From Candidatus Hydrogenedentota bacterium (lineage in GTDB: Bacteria > Hydrogenedentota > Hydrogenedentia > Hydrogenedentales > SLHB01): DNA of 64,000 bases. The notes below the pieces were generated by a model. It was given only the letters and a program-made list of their open reading frames with translations. It was not told the origin of the DNA and did no database searches. The stretch spans positions 1,248,001-1,312,000 of the forward strand of contig CAXXYE010000009.1 of the NCBI GenBank assembly GCA_963674865.2, written 5' to 3'. This document shows positions 39,072 to 49,122 of this stretch, piece by piece (within the stretch, counting starts at the first letter, position 1; every line of letters begins with the position of its first letter). The position numbers were made by a program, and so were the translations under genes.

Positions 39072-40019
39072 ATGGAAGACGTCATTATCATCGGATCCGG
39101 GCCGGCTGGCTACACGGCGGCGCTCTATACGGCGCGGGCGAGTCTATCGCCGTTGGTTCTCGAGGGAGAGCCAAGCCAGAGCATATTGCCGGGCGGGCAA
39201 CTCATGACGACCACCGAGGTCGAGAACTTCCCCGGTTTTCCCGAGGGAGTCTCCGGCCCCGACCTCATGGGGCTCTTCAGGAAGCAGGCGGAGCGGTTTG
39301 GCGCCCGCTTCGAGTACAAGACCGTGACGAAGGTGGAGCTGGAGGCGCGTCCCTTCACGGTGAGTGCGGACGATCTGCGCTGGGATGCCAGGGCGATCAT
39401 CATTGCTACCGGCGCTACGGCCAAGTATCTTGGCCTCGAGTCCGAGCGGCGTTTCATGAATCGCGGCGTATCGGCGTGCGCCACGTGCGACGGCGCCCTG
39501 CCACGTTTCAGGAACCAGGCCATCGTTGTGGTGGGCGGCGGCGACTCGGCCATGGAAGAGGCGCTTTTCCTGGCGAACTTCGCCAGCCGCGTCCACGTGG
39601 TTCATCGGCGCGACGCCTTGCGGGCCAGCAAGATCATGGGCGACCGGGTCTTGGCCCACGACAAGATCACTGTGGAATGGAACTCCGTCGTGGATGAGGT
39701 GTTGGGCGATGACGAGCACGGTGTGACGGGGGTGCGCCTGAAGGATGTGAAGACGGGCCACACCCGTGAGATAGCCTGCGCCGGGTACTTCTCCGCGATA
39801 GGCCACAAGCCCAATACCGATGTCTTCGCGGGCTTGATTGATACGGATGAAACCGGCTATATCATTACCAAGGCGGGACGAACACACACCAATGTTGAAG
39901 GTGTGTTCGCGGCAGGGGATGTGCAGGACAGCGTCTACCGGCAGGCCATCACCGCCGCGGGTTCTGGGTGTATGGCGGCCATCGACTGCGCCCGTTGGCT
40001 TGAAGGGCAGGGCAAGTAA
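39072..40019 (+). CDS. trxB: Thioredoxin-disulfide reductase
   Basis: IIGSGPAGYTAA, GGQLMTTTEVENFPGF, CATCDG, GGGDSA and GDVQD; start at ATG 39072. Confidence 0.97.
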   Translation: MEDVIIIGSGPAGYTAALYTARASLSPLVLEGEPSQSILPGGQLMTTTEVENFPGFPEGVSGPDLMGLFRKQAERFGARFEYKTVTKVELEARPFTVSADDLRWDARAIIIATGATAKYLGLESERRFMNRGVSACATCDGALPRFRNQAIVVVGGGDSAMEEALFLANFASRVHVVHRRDALRASKIMGDRVLAHDKITVEWNSVVDEVLGDDEHGVTGVRLKDVKTGHTREIACAGYFSAIGHKPNTDVFAGLIDTDETGYIITKAGRTHTNVEGVFAAGDVQDSVYRQAITAAGSGCMAAIDCARWLEGQGK

Positions 40020-40151
40020 CCCGGAGCGGCGGCCAACGCCGTTCCAGCAGCAGATTAGGGAAGGGCGGACGCAATCGACACGGCGTCATCGCAGCGCAGG
40101 CCATAGGTGCTTGACAACGCGTGGATTGCCCCCGAAACATGGTGAATCCGG

Positions 40152-40940
40152 ATGAGTATCCATCCTACAGCGATTATTGATCCAAAGGCTGAACTGGCTG
40201 AAGGAGTTGAGGTCCAACCTTACGCCATCATCGGCGCGCAGTGTGTCATCGGCGCTGGGACCATTATCGGCCCGCACTGCGTCATTGATGGGCGTGCCGT
40301 GATTGGCGAGAACAACCGGTTCTTCAGCGGCGCCCAAGTGGGCGTTCTCTCTCAGGACCTCAAGCACAATCACGATTTCATCGGCCGAACGGTCATCGGG
40401 GACAACAACGTCTTCCGGGAGCATGTGACCATCAGCGCGAGTACCATCACCGGCTATGACGACGAACACCGAGTTACGTCCATCGGCAACCACTGTATGC
40501 TTATGGCCTACGCGCACATCGCCCATGATTGTCACGTGGGGGACTACGTGATCATGGCCAACTGCGCCTCGCTGTCGGGGCACGTTGACGTCGAGTCCAA
40601 GGCCATTCTGGGCGGCCTGAGCGGCATCCACCAGGAATGCGTTATCGGGACGCTCGCCTTTGTGGGAGGGATGACGCGCGTTAACAAAGACGTTGCGCCC
40701 TACATGCTCGTCGAGGGCAATCCCGCAGCATGCCATGGGCCCAACTCTGTGGGACTCCGCCGCAACAACCTCTCTCCGGAGGCCCGTTCGCGCATCAAGG
40801 CGATGTACAAGCTCATGTTCCGTTCCAACCTGAATACGACACAGGCGCTGCACGAGATCGAGGCCACGGTGGCGGAGGGCGACGAGCGTAACCGGTTCGT
40901 CGATTTCTTCCGTAGGTCGTTACGCGGGGTGACGAAGTAG
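40152..40940 (+). CDS. lpxA: Acyl-ACP--UDP-N-acetylglucosamine acyltransferase
   Basis: IHPTAII, hexapeptide repeats, QDLK, HIAHDC, LSGHV and IHQ. Confidence 0.96.
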   Translation: MSIHPTAIIDPKAELAEGVEVQPYAIIGAQCVIGAGTIIGPHCVIDGRAVIGENNRFFSGAQVGVLSQDLKHNHDFIGRTVIGDNNVFREHVTISASTITGYDDEHRVTSIGNHCMLMAYAHIAHDCHVGDYVIMANCASLSGHVDVESKAILGGLSGIHQECVIGTLAFVGGMTRVNKDVAPYMLVEGNPAACHGPNSVGLRRNNLSPEARSRIKAMYKLMFRSNLNTTQALHEIEATVAEGDERNRFVDFFRRSLRGVTK

Positions 40941-41017
40941 CCGCCGCTCCGCACGAGGACTACATGCAGGTTTCGACTGTCTCTCTCGGGGATGTCGTCT
41001 GAGCCAAGGAGCCCGTC

Positions 41018-41971
41018 ATGTCAGCCATTCGCACCGGAGTTATTGGCGTAGGCCATCTCGGCTACCACCACGCTCGAAACTACGCCAGCCTAGACGGGGC
41101 CACACTCGTGGGCGTCGTGGACGTCGATGAAGAGCATGGCAGGAAGGCCGCCGATGATTTCGGCGTGCCCTGGTTCACCAACTTCGAGGAACTTCTGGAG
41201 GCTGGCGTAGACGCGGTCTCGGTGGCTGTGCCGACGAGCGAGCACCACAGGGTGACGCTTCCCCTCCTCCGGTCAGGTGTGGACGTCGTTGTCGAAAAGC
41301 CGATTGCCTCGTCGATTGAGCTTGCGGCCGAGATGGTCGAGGCAGCCGGCGCCCAGGGACGTATCCTGCAAGTGGGGCATGTGGAGCGCTTCAACGGCGC
41401 GGTTATCGCTCTATTCGACGCAGTTCACAAGCCGCGCTTTATCGAGTGCCACCGCCTCAGCCCGTACCCGGGACGCGGCGAGGACGTTAGCGTTGTTCTG
41501 GATCTTATGATTCATGACCTGGAGATTGTCTTGGGCCTGGTAGGCCACCATGTCGAGGCGATAGATGCCGTGGGCGTCCCTGTCTTCTCTCGATTTGAGG
41601 ATATCGCCAACGCGCGGTTGCGGTTTGCCTCCGGTTGTGTGGCCAATCTTACGGCCAGCCGGGTATCGATGGAACGCATGCGCAAGATTCGGATTTTTGA
41701 GTCGGACGCATACGTGGCCACGGACTACTCGGCTCAGGAGGTGCTTGTCTATCGTAAGCGGCCGGGGCCGGCTCCTGAAGGTGGTTCCAAAATGGACCTG
41801 ATCGACATCGAGCCGCTGGGGGTCACGCATGAGGAGCCGCTCAAGATGGAGCTGGCCTCCTTCCTCGATTGTGTGCGCGACCGCAAGCGGCCCGTCGTGG
41901 CGGGCGAAGATGGTCTTGCCGCACTGAGGCTTGCGCAGGCGATTGTCGCCAAGATTCGGGAACAAGACTGA
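41018..41971 (+). CDS. Gfo/Idh/MocA oxidoreductase, GnnA-like (UDP-GlcNAc 3-dehydrogenase candidate)
   Basis: GVGHLG, VEKP, VGHVERFN and DVSVVLDLMIHD; located between lpxA and lpxB. Confidence 0.85.
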   Translation: MSAIRTGVIGVGHLGYHHARNYASLDGATLVGVVDVDEEHGRKAADDFGVPWFTNFEELLEAGVDAVSVAVPTSEHHRVTLPLLRSGVDVVVEKPIASSIELAAEMVEAAGAQGRILQVGHVERFNGAVIALFDAVHKPRFIECHRLSPYPGRGEDVSVVLDLMIHDLEIVLGLVGHHVEAIDAVGVPVFSRFEDIANARLRFASGCVANLTASRVSMERMRKIRIFESDAYVATDYSAQEVLVYRKRPGPAPEGGSKMDLIDIEPLGVTHEEPLKMELASFLDCVRDRKRPVVAGEDGLAALRLAQAIVAKIREQD

Positions 41972-42031
41972 CAAGATACCTTCCCACACCATGCCACACC
42001 GAACCGGGCCGGAAAGGGCTCCAATAGCCAC

Positions 42032-43153
42032 GTGACACGCGTATTCTTCTCAGCCGGCGAGTCGTCGGGCGACATCCACGGCGCCAATTTGATCCGTGCC
42101 CTCCTTGCGCGCTCGCCGTCAACAACGTGCGAGGGCCTGGGCGGGTTGAGAATGGCCCAGGCGGGAATGAAACTCCGCTATGATCTGGCGAGCTCCGGAA
42201 TCATGGGTTTCACGGAGGTCGTGCGCTCGTTTCCGGCCGTAGTGCGGCTCTTCAGGGAAACGTGCGACCACCTAAGACAGGCCCGGCCCGACTGCCTTGT
42301 GGTGATAGACTATCCCGGCTTCAACATCCGCCTCGCCAAGTACGCAAGCGGTTTGGGGATTCCGGTTGTCTATTACATCAGTCCGCAGGTTTGGGCATGG
42401 AAGAAGGGCCGCATTCACACTATCGCCAGGTCCGCCGAGAAGGTTCTTGTTATCCTGCCGTTCGAGGAGCCGCTGTATAGCGAGCTTGGCGTTGACTGCG
42501 TCTATGTAGGCCATCCGCTCGTGGATCACATCCCGGCGTCGGCATATGCGGCAGCGCCAGGCAACCGGCTCCTCATCGGGTTGTTGCCGGGGAGTCGCGA
42601 GCAGGAGATCAGGCGACTGCTCGCTCCGATGCTTGAGGTGGCGGAAGGCATCCAAGACGCTTATCCGGAGGCCGAGTTCGTTACGCCGTGCGTAGATGAG
42701 GTGAGGCAAGGCCAAGTGCGTGCTCTTGCCGGAGATTTCCCCCTGGTTACGGTGATCGGCAAGACGTGCGAGGTCCTTGGCGCGGCACGCTTCTGCCTGG
42801 TGGCTTCAGGCACAGCCACGCTGGAGGCCGCGCTCATCGGGGTGCCCATGATTATCATGTACAAAGTCTCCCCCCTGAGCCATTGGATTGCCCGCCGCGT
42901 GGTTCACATCGAGAATATCGGTCTTGTCAATATCCTCGCGGGGCGCCGAATCGTCCCCGAGTTTCTGCAACACGAGATACGCTCTGAAAGGGTGCTCCCC
43001 GCTGCCCTGGAACTGATCGACGACACACCGGCCCGGGAGCGGATGCTCCGCGACTTGGCCGAGGTGCGCGACACCGTGGGGCCGCCCGGGGCGTCCGAGC
43101 GTGCGGCCGAGGAGATTGTCGAACTGCTCGGAAGGAAGGCCTCCCATGGGTGA
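42032..43153 (+). CDS. lpxB: Lipid-A-disaccharide synthase
   Basis: AGESSGD, IDYPGFN, YYISPQVWAW, VGHPL, LPGSR and ASGTATLE. Confidence 0.96.
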   Translation: MTRVFFSAGESSGDIHGANLIRALLARSPSTTCEGLGGLRMAQAGMKLRYDLASSGIMGFTEVVRSFPAVVRLFRETCDHLRQARPDCLVVIDYPGFNIRLAKYASGLGIPVVYYISPQVWAWKKGRIHTIARSAEKVLVILPFEEPLYSELGVDCVYVGHPLVDHIPASAYAAAPGNRLLIGLLPGSREQEIRRLLAPMLEVAEGIQDAYPEAEFVTPCVDEVRQGQVRALAGDFPLVTVIGKTCEVLGAARFCLVASGTATLEAALIGVPMIIMYKVSPLSHWIARRVVHIENIGLVNILAGRRIVPEFLQHEIRSERVLPAALELIDDTPARERMLRDLAEVRDTVGPPGASERAAEEIVELLGRKASHG

Positions 43154-45866
43154 ACGAGAGAAGATTTACCTTATCGACGGTTCGGCCTTCGTCTATCGCG
43201 CTTTCTTCGCTATCCGCGGGCTGACCGACTCAACGGGGCGCCCGACAAACGCCGTGTTTGGCTTCGCACGGGCCATGCTGAAACTCCTCCGCGAGGAATC
43301 GCCAACGCATATGGCCGTCGTGTTTGACGCCCCGGGGAAGACGTTTCGGGACGACATGTATCCTGCCTACAAGGCGACCCGTCCGAAAACACCCGAAGAA
43401 TTGATCGCACAGATCCCCTTGATCGATCGTCTTGTCGCTTCCCTGAATCTTCGTGTTTTGCGGATTGAGGGAGTCGAGGCCGATGATGTGCTCGGGACTT
43501 TGGCTCGCCGAGCCGAGGACGCCGGCATGGACGCTGTCATTGTCACCGGCGACAAAGACGCTCTCCAGCTCGTAACTGAGCATGTCGCCGTATATGATCC
43601 TCACAAAGGCGACAGCGGACTTTGGTACCGCCCCGGCGAAGTCGCGGAGCGTTTCGGCGTTCCGCCCGCCCGGGTCGTGGATACATTGGCGCTGATGGGG
43701 GATGCGTCGGACAACGTCCCAGGTGTGAGAGGCATCGGCGAGAAGACAGCGAGGAAGCTTCTTGAAGCCTATGGTAGTCTCGATGGGATTTACGAGCATC
43801 TTGATGAATTGAAAGGAAAGCAGCGGGAGAACCTGGCGGCGGACCACGATACGGCGCTCTTGAGCCGACAGCTTGTTACCATCCGGACGGATGTCGCTCT
43901 CGATATCGGCCCGCGGGACTGCCGGTGCAGCGAAGCCGACAAGGAGGGGGTGGCCGCGCTTCTTGGCGAACTCGAGTTTCGTACGCTGCTCGAGGAATTC
44001 CTGCCTGATGCCTCGCAACAGGAGGACCTGGATTATCGACTGATCCTTACGAAGGATGCACTGACGCGGGCGGTTGCTGAAATGCGCCGCGCCGGTACCT
44101 TCGCAGTCGATACGGAAACCACTTCAACCGATCCCATGCGGGCCACTCTGGTCGGCCTTTCTATGTGCAGCGAAGCGGGCAAGGCGTACTACGTTCCCTT
44201 AGCCCACACGTCCGAAGCCCTGGCATGCCGCCCTGAAGAGGGTGAACTCTTCTCCGAGGCAACGGTGGAAATGGTGCCTTTGCGGGATGCCCTCGACATT
44301 CTGCGACCTCTCATAGAGGATGAGTCGATTGGGAAGGTGGGGCACAATATCAAGTATGATCTGATTGTGTTCGCCCGGACCGGTGTTCAAATGCGCGGAA
44401 TTGTGCTTGACACGATGGTCGCCTCGTATTTGACAGACCCATCGCGGATGAGGCATAATCTTGGAGAAGTAAGTCTCCATTACCTCAAGCGCAAGACGAC
44501 TCCAATTACCGACCTAATAGGTAAAGGGGTAAAAGCCGTTACCTTCGATCACGTTCCCGTTGACCAAGCATGCGATTACGCATGCGAAGACGCGGATGTG
44601 ACCTGGCGCTTGGCTAGAGTATTTCACCCGCTTCTGCGCGAGCGGGATCTAGTGCAACTATTTGACGACGTCGAACTGCCGCTTATCGAAGTGTTGGCTC
44701 GCATGGAGATGGCCGGCGTCGCAATCGATGTGGCGGTCTTCGATGAGTTGCGCCGGGAGATTGAGGTCAATCAGAAAGATCTCGAAGGGCAGATATTTGA
44801 AGAGGCCGGGGAGCCGTTCCAGGTAAACTCGCCCAAGCAGCTTCAGGGCATCTTGTTCGGGAAGCTCGGACTCAAACCGATACGAAAGACAAAGACCGGC
44901 TTTTCAACCGATATGGATGTCCTCGAGCAACTCGCACGGGTCCACACATTGCCGGCGAAGATCCTTGAGTTTCGAGGACTCGAGAAGCTTCGGAATACAT
45001 ACGTTGAGGCGCTGCCGCGGCTTGTACACCCGGAGACGGGGCGGATTCACACCTCGTTCAACCAGGCGGTAGCGGCTACAGGGCGCCTCTCGAGCAGCGA
45101 CCCGAACTTGCAGAACATACCGGTCCGGACCGAAATCGGGCGGCGAATACGTCAGGGATTTGTCCCGGGGCAGAAAGGCTATCGGCTAATCTCCGCCGAT
45201 TACTCGCAGATTGAGTTGAGGATCTTGGCTCATCTCTCAGGGGATGAGAACCTGAAACGGGCCTTTCAAGACGACCTGGACATCCACCGGATTACGGCGG
45301 CTCGGGCCTTCGAAACATCGGCGGACAAAGTCACCCCGGAGATGCGGCGCCAAGCAAAGGCGGTCAACTTCGGGATCATCTATGGCATCAGTCCCTTTGG
45401 ACTGGCCAGGAATCTGGACGTGACGACCGCGGAGGCGGCCAGGTTTATTGAGCATTACTTCGACTTGTATCCGGGCGTGAGGCAATGGATCGAGGACACG
45501 CTTGCGGCCGCTCGGGAAGAGGGTTATGTGACGACCATTCTGAAGCGTCGGCGGTATGTCCCGGAGTTGAAGAGCAGCGACGGCAACGCTCGTAAGGCCG
45601 CGGAGCGGGTGGCGATTAACACGCCGGTGCAAGGAAGTGCGGCCGATGTCATCAAGCTCGCTATGTTGGGTGTCGAGCAAGCACTCCGCGGGACTGGCGG
45701 GACGCTGCTTTTGCAGGTGCACGATGAACTGCTCGTTGAGGCCCCCACGGACGAGGCCGAGCGCGTCGCGGCCATCATGAAAGAGGCTATGGAAGGCACG
45801 ATTCAGCTCGATGTGCCTCTAAAGGCCGACGTCGGCGTCGGGGAGCACTGGGCGGAGATACACTGA
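43146..45866 (+). CDS. polA: DNA polymerase I
   Basis: 5'-3' exonuclease (LIDGS, EADD), 3'-5' exonuclease (DTET, GHNIKYD) and polymerase motifs ADYSQIELR, KAVNFGIIYG and QVHDEL. Confidence 0.98.
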   Translation: MGEREKIYLIDGSAFVYRAFFAIRGLTDSTGRPTNAVFGFARAMLKLLREESPTHMAVVFDAPGKTFRDDMYPAYKATRPKTPEELIAQIPLIDRLVASLNLRVLRIEGVEADDVLGTLARRAEDAGMDAVIVTGDKDALQLVTEHVAVYDPHKGDSGLWYRPGEVAERFGVPPARVVDTLALMGDASDNVPGVRGIGEKTARKLLEAYGSLDGIYEHLDELKGKQRENLAADHDTALLSRQLVTIRTDVALDIGPRDCRCSEADKEGVAALLGELEFRTLLEEFLPDASQQEDLDYRLILTKDALTRAVAEMRRAGTFAVDTETTSTDPMRATLVGLSMCSEAGKAYYVPLAHTSEALACRPEEGELFSEATVEMVPLRDALDILRPLIEDESIGKVGHNIKYDLIVFARTGVQMRGIVLDTMVASYLTDPSRMRHNLGEVSLHYLKRKTTPITDLIGKGVKAVTFDHVPVDQACDYACEDADVTWRLARVFHPLLRERDLVQLFDDVELPLIEVLARMEMAGVAIDVAVFDELRREIEVNQKDLEGQIFEEAGEPFQVNSPKQLQGILFGKLGLKPIRKTKTGFSTDMDVLEQLARVHTLPAKILEFRGLEKLRNTYVEALPRLVHPETGRIHTSFNQAVAATGRLSSSDPNLQNIPVRTEIGRRIRQGFVPGQKGYRLISADYSQIELRILAHLSGDENLKRAFQDDLDIHRITAARAFETSADKVTPEMRRQAKAVNFGIIYGISPFGLARNLDVTTAEAARFIEHYFDLYPGVRQWIEDTLAAAREEGYVTTILKRRRYVPELKSSDGNARKAAERVAINTPVQGSAADVIKLAMLGVEQALRGTGGTLLLQVHDELLVEAPTDEAERVAAIMKEAMEGTIQLDVPLKADVGVGEHWAEIH

Positions 45867-45982
45867 CGACGCGAGCGAAGAGACAACGGGATTTTGAGGA
45901 TCACGCGCAACGGGGGCGTGTCGCCACGTTGCGAGCGATGTAGATAGACAATTCCCGCCAATACATTAACCGGAAGGGATGA

Positions 45983-47482
45983 TTGATGGCAGAGAAACCG
46001 CAACATGACAAACACCCAGCCCGAAGCAAAGGCAAACCCGGCAGACGAAGCTCTGGCGGCGCCGGAACGCGGGGCGTAAGCAAAGGCAACAAGCGCAGGC
46101 CCACGAATCAGCACCACCACAACAGCAGTTCGGGCTCATACCGAAACTCCGGGCCGCCGCCGGGAGTCGACCTCAATGAGAGGGAGCCGGACATGGTTCC
46201 GACGGGTGAAAACGGAAGCGGGGGGCCTGAGGTCTCGATCGGTGAACTGAAACGGATGACGATGACCGAACTGGCCGATACGGCCCGTGCGCTCAACGTC
46301 GAAGGTTTCAGCGGTCTTAAGAAACAAGACCTGATTTTCAAGATCCTTCAAGGAAGCATCGAGAGCGCAGGCGCCATTTACGGTGAGGGCACCCTCGAGA
46401 TCCTTCCCGACGGCTTCGGCTTTCTTCGCTCCGGCGACTACTCCTATCTCCCCGGGCCGGACGACATCTATGTCTCGCCGTCGCAGATCCGCAAGTTCGC
46501 CTTGCGAACCGGCGACACCGTGCAGGGGCATGTTCGACCCCCGAAGGAAGGGGAGCGGTACTTCGCACTACTGAAGGTCGAAGCGGTGAACTACGAGAGT
46601 CCCGATGTCGCCCGCGAGCGCATCCTCTTTGACAACCTCACGCCGCTGCACCCCAATGCCCGATTTACGCTTGAGACCACCCAGGAAGAGGTCGCCATGC
46701 GTATCATGGACCTCATCTCGCCGATCGGCAAAGGGCAGCGCGGCCTCATTGTCGCCGCACCCTTCACGGGGAAAACGGTGCTCCTTCAGAAGATCGCGAA
46801 CAGCATTATCGCGAACCACCCGGACACGACGGTGATCGTCCTGCTCATTGACGAGCGGCCTGAGGAAGTGACCGACATGTCTCGCTCCGTCCAGGGCGAG
46901 GTTATCTCCTCCACCTTCGACGAGCCCCCGGAACGCCATGTCCAAGTCGCCGAGATGGTGCTTGAAAAGGCCAAGCGCCTCGTCGAGCACAAGCGCGACG
47001 TCGTGATCCTGCTCGATTCGATCACGCGCTTGGCGCGCGCCTACAACGTCATCGTCCCCGCGAGCGGCAAAGTTCTCTCCGGCGGCGTGGACGCCAATGC
47101 CCTCCAGCGGCCGAAGCGATTCTTCGGCGCCGCCAGGAATATCGAGGAGGGGGGAAGTCTCACCATCCTCGCGACGGCCCTCGTGGAAACGGGCAGCCGC
47201 ATGGACGACGTGATCTTCGAGGAGTTCAAGGGCACGGGCAATATGGAGATTCACCTCGACCGCCGCCTGATGGAGAAGCGGATCTTCCCGGCCATTGACG
47301 TCTTGAAATCGCGCACTCGCAAGGAAGAGCTTCTCATCGAGCCCGAGGAACTGTCGCGTATCTGGCTGCTGGTCAAGGTACTTAGCCCCCTTGAGGTGTC
47401 CGAGGCTACCGAACTGCTCGTGGAGAAACTCCGCAAGACCCCAAGCAACAAGGACTTCCTCGCCCATATGCAGAAAATGTAG
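45983..47482 (+). CDS. rho: Transcription termination factor Rho with an N-terminal low-complexity extension
   Basis: [41 protein letters not shown] and [10 protein letters not shown]. Confidence 0.98.
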   Translation: MMAEKPQHDKHPARSKGKPGRRSSGGAGTRGVSKGNKRRPTNQHHHNSSSGSYRNSGPPPGVDLNEREPDMVPTGENGSGGPEVSIGELKRMTMTELADTARALNVEGFSGLKKQDLIFKILQGSIESAGAIYGEGTLEILPDGFGFLRSGDYSYLPGPDDIYVSPSQIRKFALRTGDTVQGHVRPPKEGERYFALLKVEAVNYESPDVARERILFDNLTPLHPNARFTLETTQEEVAMRIMDLISPIGKGQRGLIVAAPFTGKTVLLQKIANSIIANHPDTTVIVLLIDERPEEVTDMSRSVQGEVISSTFDEPPERHVQVAEMVLEKAKRLVEHKRDVVILLDSITRLARAYNVIVPASGKVLSGGVDANALQRPKRFFGAARNIEEGGSLTILATALVETGSRMDDVIFEEFKGTGNMEIHLDRRLMEKRIFPAIDVLKSRTRKEELLIEPEELSRIWLLVKVLSPLEVSEATELLVEKLRKTPSNKDFLAHMQKM

Positions 47483-47823
47483 CTTTTCGGGACTTTCGCC
47501 GTCCTTTCAGCCACTTTCTGGCAATTCCCGCTTGCGTTGGGTATGCTCTGCGCCGTCCATGCGCATAGTCGAGGAGAGCAGGTAAGCGGACGGGTTTCGG
47601 TGCCCATCGACTTGGGCCGTTAGCCCGACTCGGGCGATGTCGTGCTAGCTTTGCTGTTCGGTCTGTGCCGTGGCCTGACCTAGACTATTTTTGTGAATGC
47701 TTAGGCTATCTTCATATTGGTGGCCTGAGTTGGGAATGAGACTCCGACGAAAGCGCCGTGTGCGTTGGTTGGAGAGAGATTCCGGGCGATTCGCTAGGGC
47801 CTGGTTGCACAACGGAGGAGCAT

Positions 47824-48879
47824 ATGGCCGACCAGCAGGAGATCATCTTATCGGGAATCCGTCCGACGGGACGTTTGCACCACGGCAATTACTTTGGCGC
47901 TATCCGCGAGTTTCTTAGGCTTCAGGACGAGGCCAACTGCTACTATTTCATAGCGGATTACCATGCCCTCACGACGATCACCGAGCGGGTGGACTTCTTT
48001 CGCCAAACCCTTGATATGCTAAAGACTTACGTCGCGTGCGGCCTCGACCCTCGTCGGTCAGTGATCTATCGCCAGAGCGATCTGCCGTGCACGGCCGAGT
48101 TGTCGCTGTTGCTGGGAATGGTGACGAACATTGGCCATCTGGAACGGGGCACCACGTACAAAGACAAGTTGAGCAAGCTTTCCGGCCCGGAAGGGCTCGA
48201 AGGGAATCCCCTGTCCTTCGGTTTGCTGGGCTATCCCGTGCTCATGGCCGCCGACATTCTCATCGTCAAGGCCGACAAAGTCCCGGTAGGAGACGATCAG
48301 CGCCAGCACGTCGAAATGGCGATTGATATCGCGCAGAAATTCAATTACCGGTTTGGCGAGACCCTCAAGGTTCCGTCCTCGGTGCCGCGTGGCGCGCTTA
48401 GGTTGCCCGGACTGGACGGCTCGGCCAAGATGGGCAAGAGCGAGCACAACACGCTGGACCTTCTCGATGATCCGGACACCGTCCTGAAGAAGATCAAGGC
48501 TGTTCAGACAAGCACCGAGCCGCTGCCGCTGGATTGCGAGACCGACGACCCGGATGTGGTGATTCCGAAGATGCCCCCGACTGTCGGCGTTCTGTACCGG
48601 CTCCTAAACCTGTTGGCGCCTGAGGATGTGTATCTCGACTTCCTCGGCAAGTACCGTCGCGGCGAGAAGTTCTACGGCACGCTGAAGACCACGTTGGCGA
48701 AGCACGTATCCGAGTTCAATGCCCCCATCATCGAGGGCTTCAACGCTCCGGAAAACAGCGACGAATCCGTGATGGACTTCTTGCGGGACAACGCGAGGAA
48801 GGTTACGCCCGTCGCGCTTGAAACCGTCGAGGCCTGCCGAGAGGCCATGGGCATTGGCCACTCCCTGCACCGGGCCTGA
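47824..48879 (+). CDS. trpS: Tryptophan--tRNA ligase
   Basis: SGIRPTGRLHHGNY (HIGH), YPVLMAADIL, VPVGDDQRQHVE and KMGKS; RBS GGAGGAG. Confidence 0.95.
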   Translation: MADQQEIILSGIRPTGRLHHGNYFGAIREFLRLQDEANCYYFIADYHALTTITERVDFFRQTLDMLKTYVACGLDPRRSVIYRQSDLPCTAELSLLLGMVTNIGHLERGTTYKDKLSKLSGPEGLEGNPLSFGLLGYPVLMAADILIVKADKVPVGDDQRQHVEMAIDIAQKFNYRFGETLKVPSSVPRGALRLPGLDGSAKMGKSEHNTLDLLDDPDTVLKKIKAVQTSTEPLPLDCETDDPDVVIPKMPPTVGVLYRLLNLLAPEDVYLDFLGKYRRGEKFYGTLKTTLAKHVSEFNAPIIEGFNAPENSDESVMDFLRDNARKVTPVALETVEACREAMGIGHSLHRA

Positions 48880-49003
48880 CTTCTGCCTTCCCAGGAGCGC
48901 ATGGCGCGCAAGCGGCCCCGTTTGGCCCTCACCGTGGGCGGAGGGCCGGGCGTGTTCCTATGACGCCCCCTACTTTGCTCCCTTTCCAGACATGCATTTC
49001 GTA

Positions 49004-49032
49004 TTGCCCCGGCAATGTTTCTGTGCTAAAGT
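49004..49032 (+). promoter_or_regulatory. Putative sigma70 promoter (extended -10) of the PilZ-PilT gene
   Basis: TTGCCC-N17-TAAAGT with an upstream TG. Confidence 0.45.
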
Positions 49033-49122
49033 AAAGCGGGGATGATGTTTCCGCATGGGCGCCCGAGCGGATGGGTCCCGGGAAGGGACAGGCCGAAACG
49101 ACAGAAAGCAGGGGAGAAACTC

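Noticed and set aside
47483..47823. T-box riboswitch upstream of trpS
   Set aside because: No T-box antiterminator consensus (GGTGG.ACCGCG) or terminator was seen.
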